Made by a program: the position numbers and the translations under genes
From: Lama guanicoe
Taxonomy: Eukaryota
Length of the DNA: 64,000 bases
Assembly (NCBI GenBank): GCA_013239625.1
Contig: MU055744.1
Span: 1,270,355 to 1,334,354, forward strand
Direction of reading: 5' to 3'
Notes under the pieces: model-generated
What the model saw: the letters and a program-made list of their open reading frames with translations, nothing else
The model's database searches: none
What the model was told of the DNA's origin: nothing
Part shown: piece by piece, positions 10,976 to 23,029 of the stretch
Layout of the letters: every line of letters starts with the position of its first letter
Position numbering within the stretch: the stretch's first letter is position 1

Positions 10976-11114
10976 GTGCCCAGCCAGCCTCTTTTGTCTC
11001 CAAGGTTCTCCCTGTGGGGTCTTTCGGGTCCTTTTCTGGGGGGACGGGGAGACAGAACCAACTCCGCCCTTTAGGGGTGCTTCATCCGGCAGATTGTCCA
11101 CCCCCCACCCCCCG

Positions 11115-11175
11115 AAAGCTTCTGTTTCCCCGTCTGTAAAATTAAAGGGAGGGTGACACCTGCCTCCAGGGTGGG
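11115..11175 (+). mobile_element. MIR SINE fragment
   Basis: 'cttctgtttccccgtctgtaaaat...acacctgcctccaggg'. Confidence 0.45.
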
Positions 11176-11279
11176 GAGGATGCCCAGCGAGTGAGTGCAG
11201 CCCCAGGGGGCCGGGGGGCCAGGGGGGGGCCACTTGGCAGGATGAGCTGTGGCCCCTCTGTGCAGTGTTCACATTTTCA

Positions 11280-11560
11280 CTGGGACCGTCGCTAACAGCA
11301 CGTTGGGGGTTATGTCCTCTGCAACTCACTGTGAACGATAGCTCTACCTTTTGTGAACATAAAAAAGCCCTTCTAGCAAAAAAACAAAAAGGTCTCTGTT
11401 TTTGTTGAGGTGGGTTTCCAGGTCTCTGATAGGTCATAAAAAATGTTCAGTTTGACATTCCACCATTAGAGAATCATTCCTTTGACTTAGGTTCCTGTTG
11501 ATGTAAGTAACCCAGTAGGCTTTATCTCGGATCCTCTCTTGAGAGTGGATTGTGATCAGG
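11280..11560. promoter_or_regulatory. AT-rich island with posterior-HOX/CDX-type motifs
   Basis: CATAAA at 11358, GTCATAAA at 11433, CCATTAG and TGACA in a non-repeat AT-rich patch. Confidence 0.35.
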
Positions 11561-12274
11561 AACGGAGAAAGAACTTGGGCGCGGCAAGGGGAGGACAGGA
11601 TCGGGGCCCCGAGGGACGAGAGGTGCAGAGTCCAGGGAACTGAATGGGCTCTCAGGCTGGCCCGTCGCTGGCCCCTGGGTGGGGAGGGATGGTCTGGGGC
11701 CCACTTGGCTCTGATGGTGGGCAAGGAGGGAGGCCCAGGCAGACAAAGCCGAGGCCTGTCCAGGAAACCCAGCAGGGGTGCAGAGATGGGGCTTCCTCTG
11801 TCTGTCGGGTAAATCCTGCAGCCCCCAGCTGGCTTTCCCCCTGTTCCCCCCTCCCTGCTCTCCCCCCAGCCCATCTCCACCCCACCCCATGAGACCCACT
11901 CACCACCCAGAGCCACTCCGTGGGGCTCGGGTACCGGCCCTGCAGCCCGCAGGCAGGCAGGCGCTCCTGTCTGTCTGGGCTGCGCTGCCTTTGCCCGCGC
12001 CCACCCCTTCCCTCCCTACGAAGAGGGCGTTATCCCGGGAGAGCGGCTGCCCCGTGATCACTGTCAGTTAGCGCTCAGCCCGGTAACGGGCTCCTCGCTC
12101 CTTTATTCCGCCTTATCTGAGCCAGACCAGAGACCAGGCCTGGCTCCGGGCTGCCCCCAGCTCCTCCAGGGAGCGGATGATAACCCAGTGAGGGGCAGCA
12201 CGTCTGGGAGGAGGCCCCCCCTGCTCCCCGTGGCCCTGCGCATTTCCTGCCAGGCCAGGGAAGGGAAGACGTAA

Positions 12275-12427
12275 GGTGTGGGTGCGCTTGCGTGTGTGCT
12301 GTGTGTCCCTGGTGTGTGTACACATGCTCGTGTGTGGTGCGTGTGGACTCGTGACTGTGTGTGTACGTGTGCATGCTTGTGTCGTGTGTGTATGTGTGCA
12401 TGTGTTGTGGGCCGTGCTGTGCACGTG
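12275..12427. repeat. Degenerate (TG)n-rich simple repeat
   Basis: About 150 bp of interrupted TG/CA/CG alternation; source of the His/Thr-rich and Cys/Val-rich ORFs. Confidence 0.85.
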
Positions 12428-13064
12428 ACTTCTGAGCCCCCAGTGGGAGACAAGGGGCTCATTGGAGGCTTGTGTTCTCGGGGGGCTTTGAGAAGCAGCC
12501 AAGCACCCCTCTCCTGGCACTTTCTTCAAAAGGAAGTTCCTCGTTGTGGCATCTCTGCTCCTGGGGGTAAGTTCAGGTGGATGTTGGCAGTTGCTGCCCG
12601 TGGGATCCCAGAACGAGCTGAATCCCCCAGAGACTGTCAGGTTGGGGCGAATCTGCAGGGAACAAAGGGCAGACGTGGTTCCTGCGTGGGGCAGCCTGTG
12701 TCTACCTCAGGAGAATCTCCTGATGTCACCCTGGAGGGTGGGGGGCCCTGGAGGACGAAACCTGGGGGCCCGTGTCAGTAGGTGTGTGCCCGCCCCCCTG
12801 CGCCGGGACGGGAAGGACCCCAGAAGAACTCCCCTCGAGCCCCTCTTCTCCAAACAGCTGCGACCGGGGCCCCCTGCTTCCTCCCGGCTCCCCTCCATGT
12901 GCGAGCCGCCTGCGCCTTGGAGGATGCTGATGCCACCTGGCCGAGGGCAGACGTGGCAGCGGGAGGACGTGACTGGCGTCCTGTTCTGTCTTCCGAAGCC
13001 CTGGACCTGCTCCTCTGCTGCTCGTTGTGTGACTCGGAACGGGGCTTGTGCATCTGTCCGTCTC

Positions 13065-13570
13065 CCTCTTTGGTGGTAGAATACATGTGGCGTAAAATTG
13101 ACCGTTTTATCCCTTGTGAAGTGCAGTTCTCTGGCGTTAAATCAGTGGACAGTGCAGAGCGGCCGTCACCACTAATTCCAGAACCTTCCGTCACCCTGAA
13201 AGGAGACCCCGCACCCATTAGGAACTACCCTCCTCCTCCCTCCCCCCGCCCCCGGCAGCCACCAGTCGCTTCTCCTGGACACGCCGTGTTAAGTGGAGTC
13301 GGAGCACACGTGGTTTCCGTGGCTTCTTGCACGCAGAACACGTTTCCAGGGACCATCACGTGGCAGCGTCAGTGAGTTGTGCCTTTCTCTGGCTGAGTGA
13401 CTTGGCATCGTGTGGCCCGCCACGTTCCTCTGTTGGTGGCCGTGGCCTTGCTGGGTGCTGGGAGCTCATGGACTGGTACTTGTTGGAGACCTGTGCTTGA
13501 AGCTTTGGGTACGCGCCCAGGAGCGGAATTGCGGGGTATGTGTTGATTCTGTGTCTCACGTGTCAGGGCC
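13065..13570 (-). mobile_element. L1 (L1MB-like) 3' fragment
   Basis: 'aattccagaaccttccgtcaccctgaaaggagaccccgcacccattag'; ORF 13356..13559(-) 'YPAIPLLGAYPK' resembles L1 ORF2p 'DPAIPLLGIYPK'. Confidence 0.8.
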
Positions 13571-14038
13571 ACGGCCTTCCGACCCGATGTGACAGCCCAG
13601 GGCCCTTCCTGGGCTTTAGGGCTTGAGGTGTGTCAGCTGAGTTGTCATTTCTGCTTGGGTGGTGGCTTGTGTTCCAGGATTAACGTTGAGCTGTATGTAG
13701 TCAGTCTGCCATCTGTGCTGCTGGAGCAGGGGTTTCTGGCACTGTGGGGGCTCTGGACAGAAGAGGGGCTTTCCTGAGGGAGGCCACCCTGTCCCCGGGA
13801 CGGACTAGGGGAGCCTGCTGGCATTGCTGTGTGCTCCTCTCTCCCTCTCCGCTGTGGGCCCCACCCCTGCTCCCCCATAACCTCTCCGTCCCCAGAGGGC
13901 AGTGTCTGTTGCCACAGCTCCATGGACCTTCCTGCTGCCTCCCCATCGTTCCCCCACATGGGCTCTGTGTCCCTCCTCCAGAGCCTGAGCACCTCAGTGG
14001 GGCCCCGCTGGAAGGTCTGGAGACAGGAGGGATACAGG

Positions 14039-14203
14039 NNNNNNNNNNNNNNNNNNNNNNNNNNNNNNNNNNNNNNNNNNNNNNNNNNNNNNNNNNNNNN
14101 NNNNNNNNNNNNNNNNNNNNNNNNNNNNNNNNNNNNNNNNNNNNNNNNNNNNNNNNNNNNNNNNNNNNNNNNNNNNNNNNNNNNNNNNNNNNNNNNNNNN
14201 NNN
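14039..14203. other. Assembly gap (165 N)
   Basis: Run of n characters. Confidence 1.
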
Positions 14204-14474
14204 GTCCGGGTGGGGAGGGGTGTGTCCAGGTGGGGAGGGGAGGGGGCCTGATAAGTCTGTTGCCAGATGCTGGGTTCTGTGCGTCTCTGTTCATGGCCAG
14301 TGAGCTGGTGGGGGTCGTTCGACTGGCTGTGGGAGCCGGGGACACGCTGTCCCGAATCCACCTGGAGCCGGGGGTGGGGGGCCCGGCCAGAACTTCTGCT
14401 GTTCCCCACTCTCCCTCTCACGCCCCGCGCAGCCCACCCGCACCCCCCGGGGGTTTAGCTGCCTTGGTCTGTCC

Positions 14475-14795
14475 CCGCGGCTCCCAGCTGGCCGTTCTGC
14501 CCGCAGGAGCACATGGTGACATCTAGAGACGTGTTCTCTTTTGTATCTTGTTTTTTATTGCAGTGCAGTCAGTTTATGTAGTTCCAGGCACACAGCAATG
14601 CAGCCCAGTTACACGTATCCACCTGTATGTGTATGTGTTTCAGGTTCTTTTTCATGACAGCACTAGAGACCGTTTCGGTGGTCATAACTGGGGGCCAGGG
14701 GGTGCTGCCAGCATCTGGACGGGGGGCAGCGATGCAGCCCACAGCAGGGACCGTCCAGCCCCAAAGGTCCATTGGCTGAGGCCGAGGAGCCATGA
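14475..14795 (+). mobile_element. MER20 hAT-Charlie DNA transposon relic, interrupted by an L1 tail
   Basis: '...ctagagac...ggtggtcataactggggg...gtgctgccagcatctgg...ccaaaggtccattggctgaggccgagg' follows the MER20 consensus order. Confidence 0.75.
14536..14662 (-). mobile_element. 5'-truncated L1 3' end (laurasiatherian/cetartiodactyl type)
   Basis: T-rich tail then 'tttattgcagtgcagtcagtttat...tttcaggttctttttcatgacag'. Flanked by diverged duplications ctagagacgtgtt (14523-14535) and ctagagaccgttt (14663-14675). Confidence 0.75.
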
Positions 14796-15039
14796 GTTTT
14801 CTAGAATTGGCCGCCGCTTGCCGCGTCCCACGTGGGTGGCTGAGGCCCCTGGGTTATTTTTCCTGTCTCTTCTCTCTGCTGCGGCCCCTGCCGACCCCTA
14901 CCCCAGCCTGTTCTCACAGTAGCCAGAGTAGCCGTCCAGATGCTTCCAGGTCTGACGGTGCAGCCCCCTGCTCAGACCCTCCACTGGGCCCCACACTCAG
15001 AGGAACAGCCAGCATCCCCACGGGGTGACCCTGCCCTGC

Positions 15040-15435
15040 TGTCCCTGGTGCCTCTCTCCTTGCCCAGCTCTACCGGCCTCTTCGCAGCTGCTCCGTCAAG
15101 CAGGCCGCTCTCCCCTCCGGACTCAGCCCTGGCTTGGCCTCTGCCTGGACCATGCTTCCCCAGATGGCTGCACGGCCCCTCCCTCACCGCCTTCAGGTCC
15201 TCCCTGCCCTGCCCACCCCGTCCTGACTGCTCCCTCCCCGTCCACCCACCCCGACCCTGCCCTGCTTCCTCCCGAATGCTCAGTCATCTTATTAGTTTGC
15301 TCGTGTCAGTCTCCCTAGAGAACGCCAGTCCCATGGGAACAGGGGTCTGTCTCGTGCTCGTCTGCAGATCTCAGAAACCAGAACCGTGCGTGACCCAGAG
15401 CTGCGGCCCCGTGAACGTTTGCAGAACGAACGCAT
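15040..15435 (+). mobile_element. L2 3' region
   Basis: 'ctctgcctggaccatgcttccccagat...ccctcaccgccttcaggtc...tccctagagaacgccagtcccatgggaacagggg...gtttgcagaacgaacg'. Confidence 0.7.
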
Positions 15436-16269
15436 CAGGCCGGACCGGCAGTTCCTGGCGGTCGCCCCAGGCGTCCTTTCTTTCCTCCCCAAGCACACGT
15501 GGGCACCCTTCTGGGGGCCTGCGTCTTTCTGGAACAGGCTGGTTTTTACCGTTCCTCCCCAGTGCTCCCTGGATGGCCCCACGGGTTCTGACAGCTGCGG
15601 GCGGAGTTTTGCCCGTGGTGGTGCGGAGGCTGAGGGAGGCTGAGGGCGGTGGGGCGGGCGCTTGCGCTGTCTGGAAGCAGGAAGCACAAGCCAGCCCTTC
15701 TGCTGACTTCTGCTGCTCACCCGGAAGGCAGCCCCTGGGGGAACGGCCTGCTGGAGCACTTAATGCCACGCCAAGTATGTGCGGGGCTCCGCTCGGGAAC
15801 CGTCTGGGGCCTTCCAGAATCAGTCGGACGTTGCTGGAGAGGCGAAAGCAGCTTCACGGGGCCGGACCTGGTTGGGCTGTGGTGTCGTGAGCCTGTGGTT
15901 CTCCGGGGACCGCTGCCAGGGCTGTGTCCCTGCGCAGTGACTCTGCACAAGGTGGCGGGGGGCTCTCTCAGTGCCTGGAGGCTGCCTCTCCGAGCAGGCC
16001 TTTCCGGTGAGCGTGGCTCCCTGCCTGGATCCAGGGCATTGACCCAACCCAGCTGGGCGGCCCCGAGCACCTGCCCAATGTCCCATCCTGGGGTTTTGTC
16101 TTGGGGCCAGAGTCCATCATGGCTGTGAGAGCACCCACAGTCATGGAAGTTCTCTGAGATGTTTTTCAATAAGAAAGCGTGGTTGGGACGGAACGTTGCA
16201 GAGGGGACAGCGTGCCAGCCAGGGCGCACGGTTCTCCCCACAGGCGTGTACCCCCATCAGCCGGAAGGC

Positions 16270-16975
16270 GTGAACTAGGGACTAAAACACTTTCGCTCAC
16301 TCACAGGACACCTCTGACACCAGATGCGGGGGTTTCCCTCCCCGAGCGACCCTGACGCCCCCGCAGTCAGCACCAACCCCACCGGGGAAGGGCTCAGCCC
16401 GGCAGACTGGCCCCACTGCAGACGCCAGTCACACGTCCGGGTTGTCACCTGTGCTTCTGAGCGACCGGCTGTACATCGAGGCTCCCCGCCACCCCTCCTC
16501 GAGTCTGAGTGCAACTCAGCCCACTGCTACTGCTTCGTTGTAAAGGGTGCAGCTCGGACAGATGGAGGCGGGGAGCTGGGCGAGGCATGGGGGCGGGGTG
16601 GGGCGGGGCGGGGCTTCTATCGTCCTCCCGGCAGCTCCGCCTGCTCGCCACCCGGAAGCTCTCCAGACCCCGCAGTTTAGGGATTTTTACGGAGGCTTCG
16701 TCAGGTTGGCATGACAGGTGGTTAACTCGGTCTGCAGCCCCCTCCCTTCCCAGGAGGATGGGGTATGGGGCTGAAAGTTCCAAGTTTCTGATCACAGCTT
16801 GGTCCTTCTGGAGATCAGCCCCTGTCCTGAACTACCCAGGAGCCCACCCAGAGTCGCCTCATTAGGAGCAAAGACACTCCTATCACTCGGGAAGCTCCGC
16901 GAGTCTCAGAGGTCCTGGGTCGGGTCAGCGATGGGGAGGGGCAGAGACCAAATACACATTTCTTCTGCCGGCACA
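16270..16975 (-). mobile_element. MER21-like ERVL solo LTR
   Basis: 'acacctctgacaccagatg', 'gttgtcacctgtgcttctgagcgaccggct', 'tttttacggaggcttcgtca', 'ggggctgaaagttccaag', 'cagagaccaaatacacatttctt'. Confidence 0.8.
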
Positions 16976-17439
16976 GGGACAGAAGGTCACGGGGACAGCG
17001 CCCCCTCCAGTGAACACAGCTGTTCTCCAGGTGTGTGCACTGTTACTTGGCTTTGATGTGAAAATCTGTCAGGTACAGTGTCTTCTGGGAGAAAATCAGT
17101 CTGCAGACTTGTCTGGGCCGCCTGAATGCATCCTTTGGGCAGTGATGCAAACCGTGGCTCTCAAGCTTCAGTGGGCATCAGGGCATTAGAGCAGAGGGAG
17201 TGTGTTTCAGAATGCGGAGCCCTGAGACCCGCGTGGGGGGCTTGTGGTTCAGCAGGGCTGGATGGCGGCCCAGGGTTCTGAACTCTTCACCGGTACCCTG
17301 GTGAGGTACTAGGTCAAGCCGGAGAAGGACGCCCTGGGCAGGCTCTGGGCTGCAGGCTTTTCTCTCCACCCGGAGGCTGGCTGCGGTGGAGAGTCAGCTA
17401 CGAGCCCGCTGGCCTCGGGCGATACTGTCCGTAAAGTGG

Positions 17440-17612
17440 GGTGGGGTCACGTGGGCAGGAGGGGACACATGCGGTGATGGCTATGTTCACTGTCCTGATC
17501 TGTGGATGGTTTCACGGGTGCGTGCAGACGTCAAAACCAATCAGATTACACACTTTAAATGCGTACGATTTATCGTACGTGGCTCAGCCTCAAATAAAGC
17601 TGTTAAAAATTA
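17440..17612 (+). mobile_element. L1 (L1MC/MD-like) 3' end with polyadenylation signal
   Basis: 'gtgatggctatgttcactgtcctgat...gtcaaaaccaatcagattacacactttaaat...aataaagctgttaaaaa'. Confidence 0.75.
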
Positions 17613-17722
17613 ACCACAGTTGAACATTCTGTTCCTTGGTGGCACATTTCAAGTACTCAGTGGCCACGTGTCTGTGGCCACGGAGCATTTCCATCACGGG
17701 AAAGTTCTGTGGGACAGAGTGC
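17613..17722 (-). mobile_element. MER3-like hAT relic
   Basis: 'cacatttcaagtactcagtggccacgtg...catttccatcacgggaaagttctgtgggacag'. Confidence 0.65.
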
Positions 17723-17814
17723 CGGGAAGCAGGTGTTCCCAGGTGGGACCTGAGCGTTCTCTTTTTGTTTTGCTTTTCTGTGTTTAAACAGGTACTTCCA
17801 GGTGCACCTTGAAT

Positions 17815-18285
17815 GAATAGACTTGGCTGCTTATAGCAAAAAACCCAACACAACAGTAGCCTAAACTTGCAAGGGTTTACTCTCTCTCATAAAAGAAGTT
17901 TGGAGATAGGTAGTGTAGGGCATGTGTGATGCTGCCACAGAATCATCAGGGACCCAGGCACCTCACCCCTTTCTTCCCTGCCTCTTCATCGCTGGCTTCC
18001 AGCCTCAAGGTCACGGCCCAAAATGGCTGCGAGAGCTCCAGCCATCACTTCTCTGTTCCCCACAGTAGAAAGGATGGTGAAAGGGAAGCAGACTTTGCAG
18101 AAGCTCCATTCACCATTCTGGTTCCTTCTTATTGGCCAGATTGTAGCCACGTGGCCTGGTATAGCTACAGGGGAACTTGGGAGATACAGTCTTTTGTACT
18201 GGGCTGTCCCTGATAACACGGGACTGCACCTGGTAAGGCTGAAGGGGAGAATGGAGGATGGGAGGCCACCAGCTGTCTCTGCGGC
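17815..18285 (-). mobile_element. Old MaLR LTR (MLT1J/K/L-like)
   Basis: 'catcagggacccaggc', 'aaaatggctgcgagagctccagccatcac', 'ttattggccagattgtagccacgtggcc'. Confidence 0.7.
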
Positions 18286-18609
18286 TGAGTTTAGGAGAGG
18301 GAGTTTGTAAGCTCATCCCTGTTGGTAGACACAAAGAATTTGATGTTAATGCGTGCTTTCTGGATTTAAGGGGACACACCGATAAATAGAAACACAACCT
18401 TCAGGTGCAGTTACAGAATCCAGAAGAAGAAGGTTGGGTCTGAGTGTCTCCCCTCGCCCCGTGCACCTGCATCCTTCATCTTCTACAAGATTCTCTCGTC
18501 CTCTTGGCCCATCGGGGCGTCTGGTCTGCACGGCTCTGGCCAGATGTTGTAAGGGACGGAGAGGCAACCTGACCACTGGCTGTGTATGTGGACATCCTCC
18601 CACCATCCC

Positions 18610-18760
18610 TTGCTAACATTTAGTGAGAGCAGATTTGTGCCAGGCTCTGTTCTAAGCACTTCCTGTGTGTAGCTCGTGGCAGTGGGCCCCGTAGCTCACA
18701 GCCGTTCCAGCCTTTTTGCAGATGCGCGAGGCCGTGGTCTGGCCCGGGGCAGGTGAACAG
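18610..18760 (-). mobile_element. MIR SINE fragment
   Basis: 'gctaacatttagtgag...tgtgccaggctctgttctaagcactt...ttttgcagatg'. Confidence 0.6.
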
Positions 18761-21700
18761 GGGAGAAACTGGGTTTTGGCCCCGCTGGTGGGCTCTAGGG
18801 CTCAGACTCAGCCCTGGAGTAACCTTCAGGCCAGGAACTTCGAAAAGGCGGCACACGGCCCCCCATCCTGAGGAAGACAGAGGGACGAGAAAGCCCAGCC
18901 CAGCGTCCAGGTGTCCAGCTGGTCCCCCCCCGGAGAGGGTCTGCTGGAATGATGCAGTGCCCGTTTCTCGTAGCAGCTTTCTCTGTGAGGATGGGGTGGC
19001 AGGCTTGTGGTTCACTGGAGGGCGCTAGGCGCCCGAGCCTGGGCCTACGTTGTTGTTTTGTAACTTGAACATCACAGGATTCTTCCCTGTTCCTCGTGAG
19101 CCCCTCCGCACCATGGGAGGGGGCACGTGTTGGCCTTGGGCTCCCAGAAGCGAGTCCCTTGGCAGGCTCTGCTGGACCGAGATGCCCTCACCGTCATCAC
19201 GTTCCTGGGGACTGCGCCCAGCCCGGAGCTCGGGGCCCTGCAGGGCTGCAGCGCCACCCCAGAGAGGGGCGCGCTCCGGCCAGGCGCTCCGCAGGCGTGT
19301 CTGTCCCGGAGACCAGAACCGAAAAGCTCGTCCCTCTGCACCCCAGTCCCTTCAGGGCTTCAGGGTCGGCTTGAAGCTGCCGCCCCCTCCTCGAGTCTCC
19401 TTAGGCCGTTAGACTCAAAGGTTCCAGACTTTTCCGTGGTGGCTTTGGTCTCGGGGCCAGGCTCTCATGACCTCGAGGGATCTGCTGTTTTGGCTGCGGT
19501 TTTCTGTGGGGAACAAAGCCGGGAGCCCGGACTTCCCTCGGGGGAGGGGATGACTGCTGGGGCTTTCCGGCTCTGGCCCTGGACGTGGGAGCGGGGGCTC
19601 CGCGCCCTGCACCCCCCACTTCCACTCGGCCCAGCCCCCGGCTCCACGGGAGCGCCGGCGAACCCACGTTTGCGATGCCGAGTGGACAGTGCCCACGCAG
19701 CAGGTCAGGAATGGCTTCTGGAAGAGAGGGGGTCTCAGTGATTCACTAACGAGCCTCTCTCACTGCACACGGGGTTTTGGACTCCGCTTGTCCTCACGTG
19801 GGTGCTGTGCTTCCAGAAGCTGATGTGAAAAGAGACTGGACACGTTCTTGGTCCCCAGTCCCTCCAGGGGGGCACATCCCCGCTACCCCGGGGAGCAGTC
19901 CTTCCCACACCCTGGGGTTCCGTCCTCACCCTCAGGGCTCCTCGGGTCACAGCTCTAGGGGTGCGTCCCCTCCTGGGACGGCAGCGTGCTCTGTGATGGG
20001 GCGCCCGGGCTCCCCTCCCCACCCGCCGGCCCCGCTTCCAGGTGGGTCCTGGACTTCTCTGCCCTCCTGGGACAACCGGGTGTCAGAGGTGGCACAGGAC
20101 ACGGAGGGCAGGAAGGGAATTAGCCCCCTGTGTCCCCTCCCTGGGCCTCAGTGTGGGGTCATGGGGGGTGGCTCACTGGCCAATCCCACGTGTTTGCTGG
20201 ACGTGCCCTGCGCTAGACTGGACGCTGCGCCCTGCCCTCGGGGAGCTCTGAGCAGGAAGGAGATGCCAGTGGTGCACTGGCCAGAGTCGCAATGTGCCGT
20301 GAGGGACGGGACTGGCTGGGGCCGACCCTGGAGGGCCTTGTCTGTGGGGGGAGCCCGGGACCAGGAGGGTCTGAGAGGTGGGGGGGCAGTGAGGAGGGGG
20401 CGGGGGTTGGTGGGTCCCGACGGGTTCTCTCCAGGGAGGATGCGGCGCCCACCAGCCTTGCTGGGAGCCGGAGCGGAGGTGAGGCCGGCCGCGGGGCCGC
20501 ACCTCAGTTTAGGCTGGCTTCTTCCCTCCGCCTTTTCACTCCAGCAGGCCAGGCCCCCCTCCTCCTCGCCTCTCTCCTCCCTCGAGTGACCCCAAGGACC
20601 GCTGCAGGGGTGACAGGCCCCTCTCTGGCCTCTGCCCTCCTGTGCTCTCGGGGGGGGGGTGCGCCCCGCCCCCTCCCTTCTGCACCGTTTGTGCCTCTGT
20701 GATCATCTGAGGTGCGCTGGGAACCGCCGGTGACTGTCACTCTCTTTGTTACTTTCGGCCTGGTTGTTTGGAAACTCATCAGGCTTGGCATTTATTTACA
20801 AAGGATGGGTGGCCCGGCCCGCGCCGAGCGAGAACAGGAGAGTGACTTACAGGGAAGCGGCAGGTCCTAGGAAATGTCAGCATCTCCCTCCAGAGCCCAT
20901 AAATTAGCTGTGATTCCGGCGAGACTCTCTCCGTCCCGTAAATCTGCTCCGAGCGGGCGTCAGCAACTCTGTGGAGCTTGGAGGTAGTCACCTGGCGGCC
21001 TGCTCCGTCCCTCGGCTTTGCTGGACCAGCTGGATCGAAGCGCCTTCTCCCCACCCTGCCTCCTGGTCCCCAAGGTCAGCGGGGAAGCTGGGGCGCCTTC
21101 AGTCTTTGTGCGGGGGACAAGTGAACGGCCCAGATCGGCCTCAGTTCAGAGCAGTGGCGGGGGCTGGGTAGCTGGCCTCACGCAGCAGGTCCTCACGTGC
21201 CCGGGGGAGGAGTGGTGCTCCTCCGAGCCGGAGGCCGGCTGGCTGGGCTTGTTGGCCCTGATGATGGCGGGCCTGTGAGGTTTGCATTTCTGTAACTGGG
21301 GACATGGGTGCAGCACCCCAGCGGGGCTTGCGTCCTGGGTGGTGTCTCCCTGCCCCACGTCCTTGGACGTGCAGTTTGTGCCTTGGTTGCAGGAAGTGTG
21401 GGGGACAGCGTAGCTGCCCAAGATCCAAGCCAGGGCCTCCCCTTGGACGCTGACCAGCCAGCCTGGTCGGGGGAGGGTAGGTGTGGCCTCACTCCCCCCG
21501 ATTGGCAGGCCCGTGCCCCCTGCAGGTTGCTGTGTCTGTCTGTGGTGGAGGGAGGGGGTGTGGTGGTCCCCGAGGTTTCCCGGCCCCTGTGACCTGGGTG
21601 GGTCCCAGATGTGCTGTGGGGAAGCGGGGGCTCCACATGTCGGGAGAGAAGGCTCTGGAGGGGCCCACCGCCCACAGCTGCCTGGCCCTGGTGGATCTGA

Positions 21701-23029
21701 GGTCAGTGGTTTGACCTTCAAGCTGTCCTGGGATTCTGTGACGTGAGGTCGTTGGTGATTGCAGAGCTTTGATTTGTGTGCAGAGCCCTGGGGTGTGGGG
21801 TCAGGGTCTTGGTCTCAGGGGGCACCCAGCAGCCCCCAGCCATGGTTGCACCAGTGTTTCATGCTCCTGATCACTCTTGGGAGTGACAAGAACATGGGCC
21901 GTTTGAGGGAAATGGTTCAAGGGGCGCCAGGGGCAGCTGGGCAGGCCTGGGTGGCTGTACCCGGGCGGAGGGGCACAGAAAGGGGACCCTGTCCTCAGGG
22001 GGCCCTCCCCAGAGCGGTCATCCTCGTGCTGCGGGGTGTGGGTGGGGGACTTGGTAGGTGACCGTGCACTTGGCCGCTGGCTCAGCCCCGACTCCCGGGA
22101 GGAGGTTCCGGGCTGTCCTGCTGCCCCTGTGCTGTCTGTGCCCCGCCAGCCCCCCTCACCCGTCCTCCTGTCCGTGAGCACTGGCTGTGTCCCGCTCCGT
22201 GCCCAGCCCCCTCGCCTGACCGCTCAGCACAGGGACGCTGGTGCCACAGCGCTGGGTGCCAGTCTGGGGCACCTTCATGTACAGGTGGAAATGCCGCTCG
22301 TTCTTAACTCAGGCAGCGTTTTGAGGCCCTCCAGTGTGCAGATTTGTAACGCTTGGAGGCCCAGGGAGGGCCCCTTTCCACACCCTCAGTGCCTGGGGGG
22401 CTCCTCAGGGAGGTGGGCTTCCCCGGTCCTTCCGAAGGGCTGACTGGCACCTTGGACGGAGCGTGTGCCCCGAGACCCAGGGACAGTACGGGACACACTG
22501 AGGGCTGCTGGTGCCCGCTGCCCTGAGTCCACAGCGTTCTCAGCGTTCCAGCGTTGGTGTCAGTTACCTTTTCTTCAAGTTGCTAAGAAAAAAAAATCTG
22601 AAAAGCCACAAATCATTTGTGTTAACATCGTCCCCTCGTCAGTACAAATCTGGAAGAAACAGACAGCTTATGGAAGGTTTTGGGATAAAATCAAAACGGA
22701 ATTAAAGCATTACACGGAACTGAAACGTCACTTCCACGAACAAAGCGGTGTGCAAACATGACTGACTTAGCGACCAGCATCGAGGGCCTCCCTTGCAGGC
22801 GGGCCGCGGAAACGCACTGGCTGTGAGCGGGGCCGGAGGCCGGGCATGCGGCCGTGGCTGGCGGGACGCGGTGCTGGTCACCGGCCCGTGTCTGTGCTGA
22901 GAGCCTCCCTGACTTTTATAAGGACTTCGGTGCAGCTGCTGATGAAGGAGGCACAGACTCAGTCGACAGCTTTGGCCTTTTCAAGGCGGCTTTTTTGCCA
23001 ATGTGTCGAAGCCAATGTTCTCACTTAAG

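Noticed and set aside
10427-11437. 336-aa minus-strand ORF
   Set aside because: Runs through MIR and MLT1A repeats; 'LTVLEAGSPRSS' is a typical MaLR translation artefact.
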